64,000 nucleotides of DNA from Oikopleura dioica (GCA_907165135.1 OU015567.1:3534001-3598000), one strand, 5' to 3'. Counted from the first letter of the stretch, positions 49,355-61,070 are shown. The notes: a model not told the origin generated them from the letters alone. Translations and numbers: made by a program.

Positions 49355-51600
49355 TTAAAATATATGTAATAATAAAGTACCTCGTTCCCGCTTTCTATTT
49401 TTGGTTGTCATATCAAGAGGCTCCGCGCACTGTAGATGTGGTACCCTTGTTCCAGTTTTCTGCCGGAAATCGATTTGAGCCATTTGATGCAAGTGGACGG
49501 CCGGATGCGTATTGCTCAAACTAGATGTTCCGGGAGTATCCGCTTCGAGGTCGTCTTGGGTAAGGTCGACAAAAACTTGTGGTGCCTTTCGTCTCCGTTT
49601 ATTCGTGGTCACTTCCGGTTTTTCTTCTTGATTGATGGCTTCGCTCGTTGTGTTGACTGCTGCCGCTCTACCAATGTCTACTACCGCTTTCATGTGTCCC
49701 GAGTTTTTTTTTCGCATCATTGTGAGGTATGCCCCGAATTGTCCGCTGTAGTCTGGCCCGTGTACACTTTTAACTTTCGAAATCAAATTTCTGAAAGAGG
49801 TGTAGCTCCTTGTGTTGAACTTTCTTCCATGGACAGTTATTCCGTGTTTCATCAGAAAGTCCGTCACCGAATCTTTTTTTGTGATTATGAGTTTGCCTTT
49901 TATATATAATTTATAAGTTATTATTTATAAGCATTCTATAATCATTCCTGATGCCGTAGTGGTGTGTGTTATCAAACACTCTCGCATGGGTGAATTCTGT
50001 TTGCCGTAAAATACTCCGAAGGTAGTTCCTAGACAGGCGATATCTAGTTCGCTTGGTTTTGTCTTCATGAAGTTATGAACCAACCGCAATCCATTGATAA
50101 GCTTCTTAGTGACGCTTGATTTCTTGGACATGACTTCTTTGTCGCAACCGCGGATTGTCGCCCGTAATCTATGTTGAATTTGAAAGTTTATAGATCTTTG
50201 ATTGAGTCGCATGCCCATAGATTCTGGATTTGAATATTGTACTAATTAGCCTAAGGGTAACTGCTTTGTTGTATATTTGTTGTTTTATGACCCGCAGATA
50301 TATCGGGTCGTCTGAGCTGGTCACGGTTTACCGCGATACTTATTGTTGCCGCGTAGCTAGCTTTTCCCCCGTCTTTAGTAAATTGTTAAAATCCATGGAC
50401 TTAAAGGTGGCATGGATTGGTATTGGCATAAAACAATATTACTTACATGTTTTCGAGATCTGTCTCTTGGAGTATCTCGTTAATCTTTGATGTTTCGTTT
50501 GGCTTAACGCAGGCCATTTTCATCATGTAATTGCAAAAGCTATTAATTGCTTTATATTGCTTGTCTCGTATGTCATTGACCTCCGTTGGTGGGATCTGAC
50601 AAGGAGTCATTGCCAGAAGGTTCCGCGTGTACATCGATGTTGAGAAGGCCAATCCTTCTGTTGTGTACGAGTTGAGCAGCGCTGAAAGAACACGGCTACC
50701 TTCGTTCACTTTTTTTTGTTAGTATTGTTTATTGTCGCCTTTTAGTTTTAGTTTCTAGAATATGTTGTTTTTGTGCGATTTATACTGACAATTCCTTGGA
50801 TGCTTTTGATTTCTTCATTATCCGTGTTGATAACCGACGCTTCAGAAGTAACCGTGTTGAAATACTTGTTTCGTTCAATGTTATGTTTTATATGTGTCTT
50901 TTTACCTGATGGAGAATATTAATGGTTTTATAAGTTCCTTCGTACATGACGTGTGGCGTTCCCGTTTTTTTAGCTGCGGCGTATACCGGTCGGTCATGGA
51001 TTTCGTCAGCTTCTTGTCGGCTTGCTGTTTCGTCGAGACTATAAACCGTTCGTAGAATTTCTTCCGTCTCCTTGGACCGATTGGCACGAGTCCGAGAATT
51101 TCCTGCTCCTGACACAGTAGGGTAGCTAATAAGAGTTAAATTTAATTTAATATGATTTTAAGTGAGGGGACGCGTTTCGGCACAAAAGTGCTCGTTGTTT
51201 TATCTGTACTTGGGCTGGTGCAGGCACTTTTTGCCGAAACGCGCCTCTGGATTAAAATAACAAAGCTATAAATTTAATTTCCGTAGCTGGTTGTATCAAT
51301 CAACATCATTTAACCTTCCTTAAGAAATTCTTATGATCATCATTAGTGATGGATTGAGTTTGATGCTCTTCGCATGATTCGTCATGATCCGCGTCCTTGA
51401 ATAGTTAGTTCTGTATTTTTTTTTTAATTTTACCTCGCCACGAAGAAGTACCGCAAACGATCGACCAAGTTTCATCGTCCTTTTTTTCCGCAAACGTGTG
51501 CTTGCGGCGTGTCCGAAAATTGAACTGACGAAAATTCGCATTTTTCGACAATATGAAAACACATTCTAGAAATTTTTTTTTATTTCTAAGGTGCTCGAGC
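49355..51600 (-). CDS. Orphan multi-exon gene(s), including an NLS and SIM-like motif
   Basis: Serial minus-strand ORFs 51320, 50888, 50443, 49925 and 49355; the last contains KRRRK followed by VFVDLTQDD. Confidence 0.35.
51171..51243. repeat. Hairpin with 20-bp arms (one bulged base) and a 32-nt loop
   Basis: CGCGTTTCGGCACAAAAGTGC (51171-51191) vs GCACTTTTTGCCGAAACGCG (51224-51243). Confidence 0.75.
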
Positions 51601-51998
51601 AATGAAATCATTTTTATTTTTTGATTTTTACTCGGTCGTCTTATTATTCTTGTGCCTTAGTATATAGTTAAATCATTAAGTACTCATTAATGATTAATTC
51701 TATCCTTTAAATTTTCCGCGAACTTCGTATTAAGCCTTTTTTTTAAATGATTTCCTCTTTCTTTCGTTATAATTATTGTTTTAACCATTATTTTTTTTTC
51801 TTTTTTTTTATAAATAAGGTCTGGGTATTTGTCTGTTTCTTTTTGGCACGGTTACAGTATATGGCTATGTAATAAATGCCTAAAATATATCTTTTCGACA
51901 ATTTTTTGAAGCTTTTTGTGCTTTGCGCATAAAGATTTTTTTTCTAGAACATGTTGTTTGTTTTTTTTAGAAACACGCGATTCGGATTTTTTGATTTA

Positions 51999-54900
51999 TT
52001 ATAGTCTTGCTTTCAGGCTTGTTCCAAACATGCATCGTAGAAAGCCGGAAATAATTTGTAATTGTTCTTCGCTGTACTGCCATTTCTTTATATGGGCAAT
52101 AAATCGCAAATTGGCCATCGTTGGAGGATAATTATGGCTCGCTTCTTTTAATGAGCGGGCGATTTCTTCTATTTTGCCTTAAAGTGAAAGATTACTTGTC
52201 TGGCTTGTATTCTGAACTTTACACTGTAAATGATTACCTGGTGTCAATGTTTCGAGGCCGACATCTTCAAGCCTGATTGGTTTTCCGCAGGCAATACATT
52301 CTGACATGATTTCCGTCACTCTAGCTAGTGAGATATGCTCCTTCAATGCAATTTGATTGAGCGTTTCTCCGTCCAGGTATCGTTTGTAGATTATCCAACT
52401 GCGCAACCGCAAGTATTTGCCCGCTTAATTTAATAATACTCATTGCGTTGAAATGGTCATACGTTTTTTTTCTGCCCATGTCTGCTCTGGGTTGGTAATC
52501 ATCGCATATGTAACGTCTTCTTCTTCGTACATATCTTTATTGACTTCCAGTTCCGGGTATTGTGCTTTATACTTAGCCGTCCATATGTAAAAACTTCGGT
52601 ACATTTTCGCCGCGGCTACCGTCATTCGTGGAATTTTACACACTTAATAAAAGTTATATTAATGTATGTGTTTCTTGCTACTTGATTCTTCTGTTGTCGG
52701 TCGCCACAGTATCACTCGCTCCAAAAGTTCTCTACTGAAGGGAAATGTTGGTGTTTTAGATTTCGCATATTCCCGCGTCAGTTTTTCCATGATGGAGTAC
52801 ATCATCTTTCTATAACTTTCTTCGTACACATCTTCTTTCGGTTTTTCCTTTTGTTGAGTTTGCGCAATTTCAACTCCGTCGAACACTGCGAGCTCTTGTT
52901 CATCCTTCAGTTTAATCTCTGATTTCGGATCAATCAGAAAATCACGTTCTCCTTTCGAAACCACTCGGACTGCCTTCATATCTGTTGTGAGCACTTCAAA
53001 TATCACGATTAAGGGTTTTTTTCTACTTTAATGATTTCTACCTGTAATGAAGGGTTCTGATGCATTCCTCATGAAACTAAATCCGCGATCCGATACGACC
53101 ATCCTTACCGATCCTTCGCCTTTATAATCGGCGAGATTAAGGTAATCGCCGAGGATGAGGGCTCTCGCCACCGCATAGTAATGAGCTTTCTACAAAATCG
53201 TTAATTATCATTTCCTATCATCTTACTGTTTTGTTGGTAGATTTTTTCAACGCTCGTGCCAGAACATTGGTAAAATTTGATTTTCTATCGCATTCAATAA
53301 CTGCTTCCATAACGATAAGTGCTTCGTTCCGAATGCTAACGTAATGCTTCAGTTCTGCCTTGTAGTCTTTTTAGGGATTTATGAGTTGATTATGTTAACT
53401 GGATCTCAGAAACAGAAAATGTCCTCATTATCCTTTCTTTGTTTCGTGCATATTCTTCATTTTCCCTGAAGCAATGATCGCAACAATGTGGGAGACCGGT
53501 TATCTCCGATTCCTCATCTCGGTTGAAAACGTGAAGCAAGACCTCTCGAAGACATCCTCGTCGCTTTAAAGCATATTCCGCGTGAAGAAGTTCCAGATAC
53601 TTTTGGATCTTATTTTCCAAAAGCGGCTCTTTGGTTGCTGTCTGCCGGTGGAATGGGGTGAGCTTTTTGTCAACAAAGATAGTAGCCGAGGCTTGGTCTC
53701 CGTTTCGTCCGCATCGTCCGCTCATTTGTGAAAGTGCCGAGAGAGATAATGGCGTTCCCCATATTACTAAAAAGTATTTTCATGTCTATATCTCTATAAT
53801 CTTACCTGTCTTCCGCAATGTTCGGTCGTCGTGGCCCATGCCGAAAGCCACTGTGGCAATTATTGCATCGAGTTTGCCTTCGGTGAAATCTTTCACTGTT
53901 TTCCGCCTTTGCTTTTCTTCGTTTACCCACGGCTTTGTTTTATCCTCGTTCTTTTTGATTCTAGATGTTCTATTTAGGTTTTTCAGATGCAAAATCTAAG
54001 AATTACCCGAAATATTTTCCTATCCTCCGCATATCGAAAAATCTTCCAAGGTTTTCGAATAGGAATTCGCCTTCTGACTTCACATTGATGTAAATAAGAA
54101 CTCGCTCCTTGAATCGATACAGTTGTCTGTCGCTTAATTCGTTTAATTTAATTATTTCATGAATTACTTACTGTACGACCTCGCCGAGTTCGAGAAAATT
54201 GGCCCTCCTTAAATCGGTGAACAATGCTTCCGCCGAAGCATGCTTCGTATCGCTTTTCTTGTTGGTTTTATTGAGTATTCTGTACGTGATATTTTTCCGG
54301 TCTGTTGTTCCTTTGATCAGCTTTGCCTATATATCATTTTAACGTGTAAAGAAATAAGTAATGACTACCGTTTTCATTCGAAGAATTTTTCTTATCCCCT
54401 TTTCTACGTGTTGTGTCGCAGTGGCTGTGCACGCAAGGAAAGGTACATTTGAGATGTCTTTGGCAAAACCGAGAAATTTCATTTCTGCTCGAAAGGAACT
54501 CCACTCAACACTCGTATGGACTAGAACAGTGTTATAATTTGATTGCTTTTTGTTTTTATTACTTTCGTCGAAAATAACCGCGTTTAGGGGATTTACGGCG
54601 TTAAGCATCTGCAGTACAAGATGGTTTTTGTTCAGACTTTCGGGAGATGCAAAAAGGACGCGGTAGTTCTGGAGTCGTGTTTTTTCCTTCCTTGCCGCCC
54701 ATTCAAGAAAGTCCGTGTCCTTCAATTTGGTATTGCTGATGCCGGCATTATCCAGAAAAGCCATTAAGTCCGCACGAATATTATTAACAGGGAGCACTAT
54801 AAGAGTGTAACCCTTTTCTTGAAGTGCCGCGTAGGTGAGAAATACAGCCGATTTTCCGCTACCAGTGCTCATAACTAGAAGCACATCCTTCCCGTCCAAC

Positions 54901-55079
54901 ATTGTACTGATCGCGTCATATTGCCAAGGTTTGAGGTTTTTGTGTCCGATTATCTCCTTGAATTTTCGTTTGACAGTTATGTATCGTTCTTCGTTTGATA
55001 ACGATTCGTTGCGGTAATTGATTTTTGCGGTATTGCTTCGATTCGACTCATTAACCCCATTTTCGTTCATTCTGAACAT
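51999..55079 (-). CDS. WRN-like RecQ helicase (helicase core, RQC Zn and winged helix, HRDC, C-terminal HTH); no exonuclease domain seen
   Basis: LKPWQ, TGSGKS, ASPE, spliced FDE|IH, ACTATAT, TDRKNITY, IATVAFGMG, spliced RKT|VIWGTP...QMSGRCGRNG, CLREVLLHVF...CCDHC, HYYAVARALILGDYL (RQC), FSRELLERVILWRPTTEE (HRDC), YLDGETLNQIA...ECIACGKPI (WRN-type HTH). Possible frameshift near 52130. Confidence 0.88.
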
Positions 55080-55179
55080 TTATCTATTGTTAACTTTAGT
55101 CTTCTCTATTCACTCTTCATTCTGTCGTTAAGTTGCGCTTTTATATCCTCCATAGCCATCTTGAAACTTTCTGAAAAAT

Positions 55180-57966
55180 TTATTTATTAAGCGTCTTGAT
55201 TTCTTTGTGATTACCTTCACATTCCTCGATATTTTTTTTAATATCAGTAAGACTGGACCGCATTTCGTTTCTTTCTTTCTCCAATCTCTCCTGGTTTTTT
55301 TCCGCAATTCGCAATTTTATTGCGTCTAAGAAAAAAAGGTTATCTTCATCGAATTTTGTTTGTCTTACCTTTTTTGATCTGAGCTCGGACGGCTTCGAAC
55401 CAGCCAGGTGCCTCCATGAAATTATTTGCGATGATTTTTTTGCATGAAGGACACTCTCCGGGATTTTCGATAAATTTTTCAGAACATCCTTATATATGAC
55501 ATTTTTTTTCATAATTTTTCCTTACTTTTGCAAAAAATTAGAAAGCATTCTTTGCACGTTTTCGACCCTTTGTCCGGGTAGATTTCACAAGAACCGCATA
55601 GAAAGAAACGTGCATTTGGCGACCGTGGCATTCTTAACGAGAAGATGTTTAATTTTTTGTATTTTAAATGAATTTTCGTTCGTTTATAAAGTTAAATATT
55701 TCACGGTTAAGCGCGTCTAATTCACTTTTTCGGCGGGATTCCGTTTTAATTGTCTTCCCATCATCACGCGTTGAGTGTACATAAAAATCGACTGGGTGCC
55801 GGACTTCTATTTTATTAAGTTTGCGTTGCGTTTCGTTTTGTCCTTTACGTTTCGAAAGATAATATGCACAAACTCGCTGGGGCCCTCCATTTCGATAAAA
55901 GAAATCCGCGGTTCCTCTGTTCAAAAGGTGAGCGTTTTCGATATCCATCGAGGTAATGTCTACAAACGGGCATCGTAGTCTTTCATCGTCTTCTTTTATT
56001 TTCGAGATGCAGCCATACGCTTCCTATTCTATTATTTGTATAAGAATGCATTGTATATCATTTACCGTTGAGTGTTCTCTTGAGGAAATCCAGTTTATCA
56101 GGTGATGATCGCGTTTAGCTTCGTCTTTTGTCGTTTTTTTAAAAAGATTTTCGTAAAGGACTGTGAGTTTTTCAGGTTGTACCCTTTCTTTGAATCATGA
56201 AATTTCTCAAATATTGAGACGTGTTATTTCGATGATACCTTCCCAATATTTTTCGCGAATGAGATGATATGTAACTTCATATTATTCGTCGTGTTCGAAG
56301 TATCGTTTTTGATGGAGCCGAGTAATTTTTGAATGCTTAAAGTAAAACTCATTGTAATAAATAACGTCGTCATACCATGGTGGGAAACTGTTTGCCACGT
56401 CAAAGAAATTATTCACTTGAACGTTTTGAATGTTTCTTTTATCCGTAAAGATGACAGTCACTAGCATTTCGACAGCTGTGTATAATTCTTCTGAATAGTA
56501 ACCATCCGCTATTGTTTTTGTTTGTGGAATGATTTTTCGCCCAAACAAAATTTTGGCGTACGCTGAGAGTTCTTTTTCTGTAATTATGAATGTTTCCTTT
56601 TTTTTTCGCACTCATTGATGGTAAAAATGGGGATGACGAGTGGCTGGCTAAAATTAAAGGATAAGAGTCGAGCCGTCCGATTTACGGCCGAGTGGGTCAG
56701 TTTAGTGATTTTGAAAATACCCGAAACTTTTCCTTCCGCTGTATTTTACCGATTCCTGCCGGAACATTGTTTTCTTGGATTTCATCATTGCTGACAGCAA
56801 CTTCGTAGAGACTGTTCATGTGGCTGGCTTGGGTCAGCGTTTGCTCTCGACTGTTTATAATCTACGGGGACATTTGATTATCCGCATTATGTGAGCAAAG
56901 GCAGACCCAAGATGCCCATGAATTTTTTGAATGTCCGCAATGTGTTCTTCCTTTTGAATCTCGATCTCACATTCCTCTATTCTCCCGTCGAGATAATTTA
57001 TTATTTGAATTTTCTTTTCTTTGCTCAGAGATGCTATGCGAAATCCAAAGAGGTTGATTTCCGCGGCAATCAATTTCTATAATTTACATTTTTAATCGTT
57101 GCTATTGAAAGATACCTTTTTGGTTGTTTCTTCTAACATTGCCCTTGCCCCTCGTAGCAACCAATACACATAAGCATCCACCATAAGTGCGTGACAGTCG
57201 TTCTTTAAATATGAAATTTTTTTTCTGGTAGTCATAAACTGTGCAGTCAGCTACTAGTTGCCACCGTGTCGCATTTTCTAACCCTCGTTCTTCCCGCTAT
57301 CAGCCCGATAAGGCCCTGCCAAAGGGACTTTGGTCTTCATAACTGGCTGAGAATGTGCAACTTACGCACGAGCGCTGAAGAAAACGAGCTTTCTTACTGT
57401 TTTAAGTTGAAGCGAGGGTAGCGATCAGTGGCGGATGACACAGTTTCATACCGAAAGACACCAAATAATGTTTTTATCGGCGATGAGTTTTGACTGAATG
57501 TATTCCGCCTTATCTTCTTCCGCTGAAGTTTGCATCTGATTGCACGCGTCTATTTATTTTTTTTAAATAAAATTGATGAGACTTTCACCATTGATTTTCT
57601 TCATCATTTCAAGTCGTTCCGACGAGTATTTAAGCATTTCTTTTTCTTTTATATAAACGTTGAAATTGTGATAATTGAAGCCAGCGTTAAATAGAGTAAA
57701 TCTTTTATTAAATTTCTATTTGATAAAAGTCTAACTATGAGCTTCTATTAAGTAAGAGCTCGCGTCGATGAATAATAATGGTTTACTCTGAAAAGAGCTC
57801 GGCATAATCGATTAAGGTATTGAAGGCATCCTCGAGTACTGAATAAATGCGAGTCCTTTCCTATGTAAAGATGATCTTCGTGATAAATATCTTTAAAGTC
57901 GATTTCTAACAGAGACAAATGCGGATTTAAAAAAGAATATTCCGAACAGAGATGAAATATTGTCAT
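55180..57966 (-). CDS. Orphan multi-exon gene(s), with weak degenerate RING/IBR (Ariadne-like) hints
   Basis: Serial ORFs; fragments HLFSTRGCLQYLN, ADKNIIWCLS, KNDCHALM..YVYWLL and GECPSCK resemble RBR/RING sub-motifs but lack several Cys. Confidence 0.3.
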
Positions 57967-58310
57967 TCTAAAATGAAAATCATTGCTTTATTTTTTAGAG
58001 TGGATTTGATTGCAGGATAGGAAGGGTTTCCATGGGAAACTGAAAATTCGGATATTTTTCTTTTGATTGGAGAATACTGACTAGTCTTGCACTGGCTAAT
58101 GTTGGCGCTTTGGTACCGATAAATTGAATGTTCTCCCCGAAAAATGCTTATAGAGATTATTAGTAAGGTTCTTTTACAGTCATTACCTAGAAAATTTCCG
58201 AAAATTAAATCCCCGTAATGATTTCCGGGTTTGATGGACCATTCTTCGATGTTTATCCGCGCAAGTGGATATCTTTTGTATTTCCAACCTTAATAAAAAA
58301 AAACGAAAGA

Positions 58311-58332
58311 GGGTTTTTGTCGGCCGGAGGCC
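58311..58332 (-). promoter_or_regulatory. Recurrent GGCC motif, copy 5
   Basis: + strand GGGTTTTTGTCGGCCGGAGGCC; - strand continues TCTTTCGTTTTTTTTTATTAAG|GTT. Confidence 0.55.
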
Positions 58333-58868
58333 TTACCGAAGCCGAGCAGTTTTCCGTCGTGTACATTATTGATGACCGCTGCAAATTTGATCGAATTTTT
58401 AAGGTAATTCTTGTCGTTTTCTATTATTTTAATATGGTTTTTCAATTATGGATTACCTTCCAATCTGTTGCATTTGAATATAATTTGTTCGCAGTTTTTT
58501 TTATTTAGTAGTATTTTTTTTCTTCTTGATATTTTTTGAGAAATAATTCAATTTTGTCGTCGGTATTCTTTTCGTTTATTTCATTCATTCTAAGTGGGTA
58601 TAATTTTAGGTTCAGTCATATGAATTTTCTCAGTTTCATTATATTGGGTTTATTTACAGTGTTGTCCTCATCGTGTTTGCGTTTCATTCTTAATGTCTTG
58701 TCAAACATATATTGCGGTAAGGGGATATCAGTTTTCTGTACCTTCATTATTCCTCAAATGGAGGTTCAGTCTTGATGTCTTTCTCCAAATCTATATCTTT
58801 CGGTTCTTCTTTCATTTCTTTGTCAAGTTGTGCTTCAGTCTTTATATCGTTCGTCACATCCTCATCTT

Positions 58869-59431
58869 TCAATTCTTCTTTCTTGATCCGTTCGTTGTAC
58901 TCCTCCGGCTCACATGTTGACATATCCTAGATATTTTTAATTGACATTCTATTCTTGATTTTACCGAGTCACTGTCGTATTCATAAAATCGTCGCTCTTC
59001 TTCTTCGATGGCTAGTTTCCGCTTTTGTTGTTTTTTAAGCGCCTTTTTTGCCGATATCTGTCTTGGGAAATGTTCAGCGATGACCAGTGGGTCTTTGAAT
59101 TCTTCGAAAATTGCTTTTCGTGCAATCGCGTAGTCAATTTCTGGTAATAGAATCCTTTGTTTATGATGATGATTACCTTGATTCTCGGAATGCTCCATTT
59201 TTTTCGCTATATTCCTGGCGATTGTGTAGAGGAAGTTTGAGCTGGCTGTTTTGATTCTGATAACTTTGTCTATCATTTTATATTTATTAAAGAGAACCTT
59301 CCTTTAGTCAAACACTCTTTTGCTTCTCTTTTAAAATCCATCAGTGGACTCGCTATTTTCATAATTCTTTCAACGCTCCTAACCGATAGTTGCGTGTGAA
59401 AGTTATCGCTTTCGTTACGGTTCTTACTCAT
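58869..59431 (-). CDS. H2B-type histone-fold protein (NF-YB / POLE3-CHRAC17 / DR1 family)
   Basis: MSKNRNESDNFHTQLSVRSVERIMKIASPLMDFKREAKECLTK|ASSNFLYTIARN...KQRILLPEIDYAIARKAIFEEFKDPL aligns with the NF-YB fold (LPIANVARIMK..AKDAKECVQ..F..KTI..EDIL.AM...F..Y.EPL). Requires a GA-AG intron at 59246-59301. Confidence 0.78.
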
Positions 59432-59538
59432 TCTAAATGATATTGAAAGTATTATGCTTTGTGAAAGTTAGTCTCCATAGGTGTAAATCTTGGTTCGTTA
59501 TGTTCGACGTGTTTGGTAGGTTTATCGTTTCCTAAAAC

Positions 59539-61070
59539 GAATGATTAGTTTTAGCGCATGTAAAATGGCGTGAGTTGTGCCGCAAGCAACTTACGGTTTC
59601 TCTGTGCCTGAATTTAAAGGTCGGTGCACCATTCCGAAGCCCTGGGAGTATTTTCCCAACTTCCGTGGTAATCACCTTCCTGTCTTATTTAAAAACCATT
59701 TGATACGTACTCCCTGGAGTGCTTTCTCCTTGTTCGTTTAAATTCGACGCGTCGTTTTGGTGAGATGGTAGTTGCCTGAAAGGAATGATTAGTTTGAGCG
59801 CATATAAAATGGCGTGAGTTGTGCCGCAAGCAAGTTACGGTTTCTCTGTGCCTGAATTTAAAGGTCGGTGCACCATTCCGAAGCCCTGGGAGTATTTTCC
59901 CAACTTCCGTGGTAATCACCTTCCTGTCTTATTTAAAAACCATTTGATACGTACTCCCTGGAGTGCTTTCTCATTGTTCGTTTAAATTCGACGCGTCGTT
60001 TTGGTGAGATGGTAGTTGCCTGAAAGGAATGATTAGTTTGAGCGCATATAAAATGGCGTGAGTTGTGCCGCAAGCAAGTTACGGTTACTCTGTGCCTGGA
60101 GTTAAAGGTCGGTGCACCATTCCGAAGCCCGGGGAGTATTTTCCCAACTTCCGTGGTAATCACCTTCCTGTTTTATACAAATACCATTTGATACGTACTC
60201 CCTGGAGTGTTTTTTTTTTGTTCGTTCAAATTCGACGCGTCGTTTTGGTGAGATGGTCGTTGCCTGAAAGGAATGATAAGTATGGGCGCATGAAAGGTGG
60301 CGTGAGTTGTGCCGCAAGCAAGTTACGGTTACTCAGTGCCTGAATTTAAAGGTCGGTGCACCATTCCGAAGCCCGGGGAGTATTTTCCCAACTTCCGTGG
60401 TAATCATCTTCCTGTCTTATTTAAAAATTATTCGATACGTACTCCCTGGAGTGTTTTTTTTGTTCGTTCAAATTCGACGCGTCGTTTGGTGAGATGGTCG
60501 TTGCCTGAAAGGAATGATAAGTATGGGCGCATGAAAGGTGGCGTGAGTTATGGTATGAGCAAGTAACGGTAACTCTGTGCCTGAATTTAAAGGTCGGTGC
60601 ACCATTCCGAAGCCCGGGGAGTATTTTCCCAACTTCCGTGGTAATCGCCTTCCTGTCTTATTTAAAAACCATTTGATACGTACTCCCTGGAGTGCTTTCT
60701 TCTTTTTCGTTTAAATTCGACGCGTCGTTTTGGTGAGATGGTAGTTGCCTTAAAGAGATGATAAGTATGGGCGCATGAAAGTTGGCGTGAGTTGTGCCGC
60801 AAGCAAGTTACGGTTACTCTGTGCCTGAATTTAAAGGTCGGTGCACCATTCCGAAGCCCGGGGAGTATTTTCCCAACTTCCGTGGTAATCACCTCCCTGT
60901 CTTATTTAAAAATTATTCGATACGTACTCCCTGGAGTTCTTTCTTCTTGTTCATTTAACTTCGACGCGTCGTTTTGGTGAGATGGTCGTTGCCTGAAAGG
61001 AATGATAAGTATGGGCGCATGAAAGGTGGCGTGAGTTATGGTATGAGCAAGTAACGGTAACTCTGTGCCT
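59539..61070. repeat. Tandem array 2 of ~244-bp units (about 6.3 copies), homologous to array 1, same orientation
   Basis: GCCTGAAAG anchor at 59774, 60018, 60262, 60503, 60747 (variant GCCTTAAAG) and 60991 (spacings 244, 244, 241, 244, 244). Confidence 0.95.

Noticed and set aside
51999-55079. AcademH transposon or Helitron assignment for the cassette
   Set aside because: No Academ transposase, HUH-Rep or PIF1 motifs were recognised in the window; the helicase has WRN-like accessory domains. Cannot be excluded for sequence beyond 64 kb.
56611-56650. Minus-strand ACTCGTCATCCCCATTTTT resembles the start of the Oikopleura spliced-leader exon as I recall it (ACTCATCCCATTTTT...)
   Set aside because: Only the first ~15 nt match, with indels. 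The rest of the 40-nt leader and its donor site are absent, so it is probably chance.
35625-61070. 244-bp arrays as CRISPR, 5S/tRNA/snRNA clusters or hammerhead ribozymes
   Set aside because: The whole unit is repeated with no unique spacers; no 5S, tRNA or snRNA consensus, and no CUGANGA/GAAA core was found by eye.
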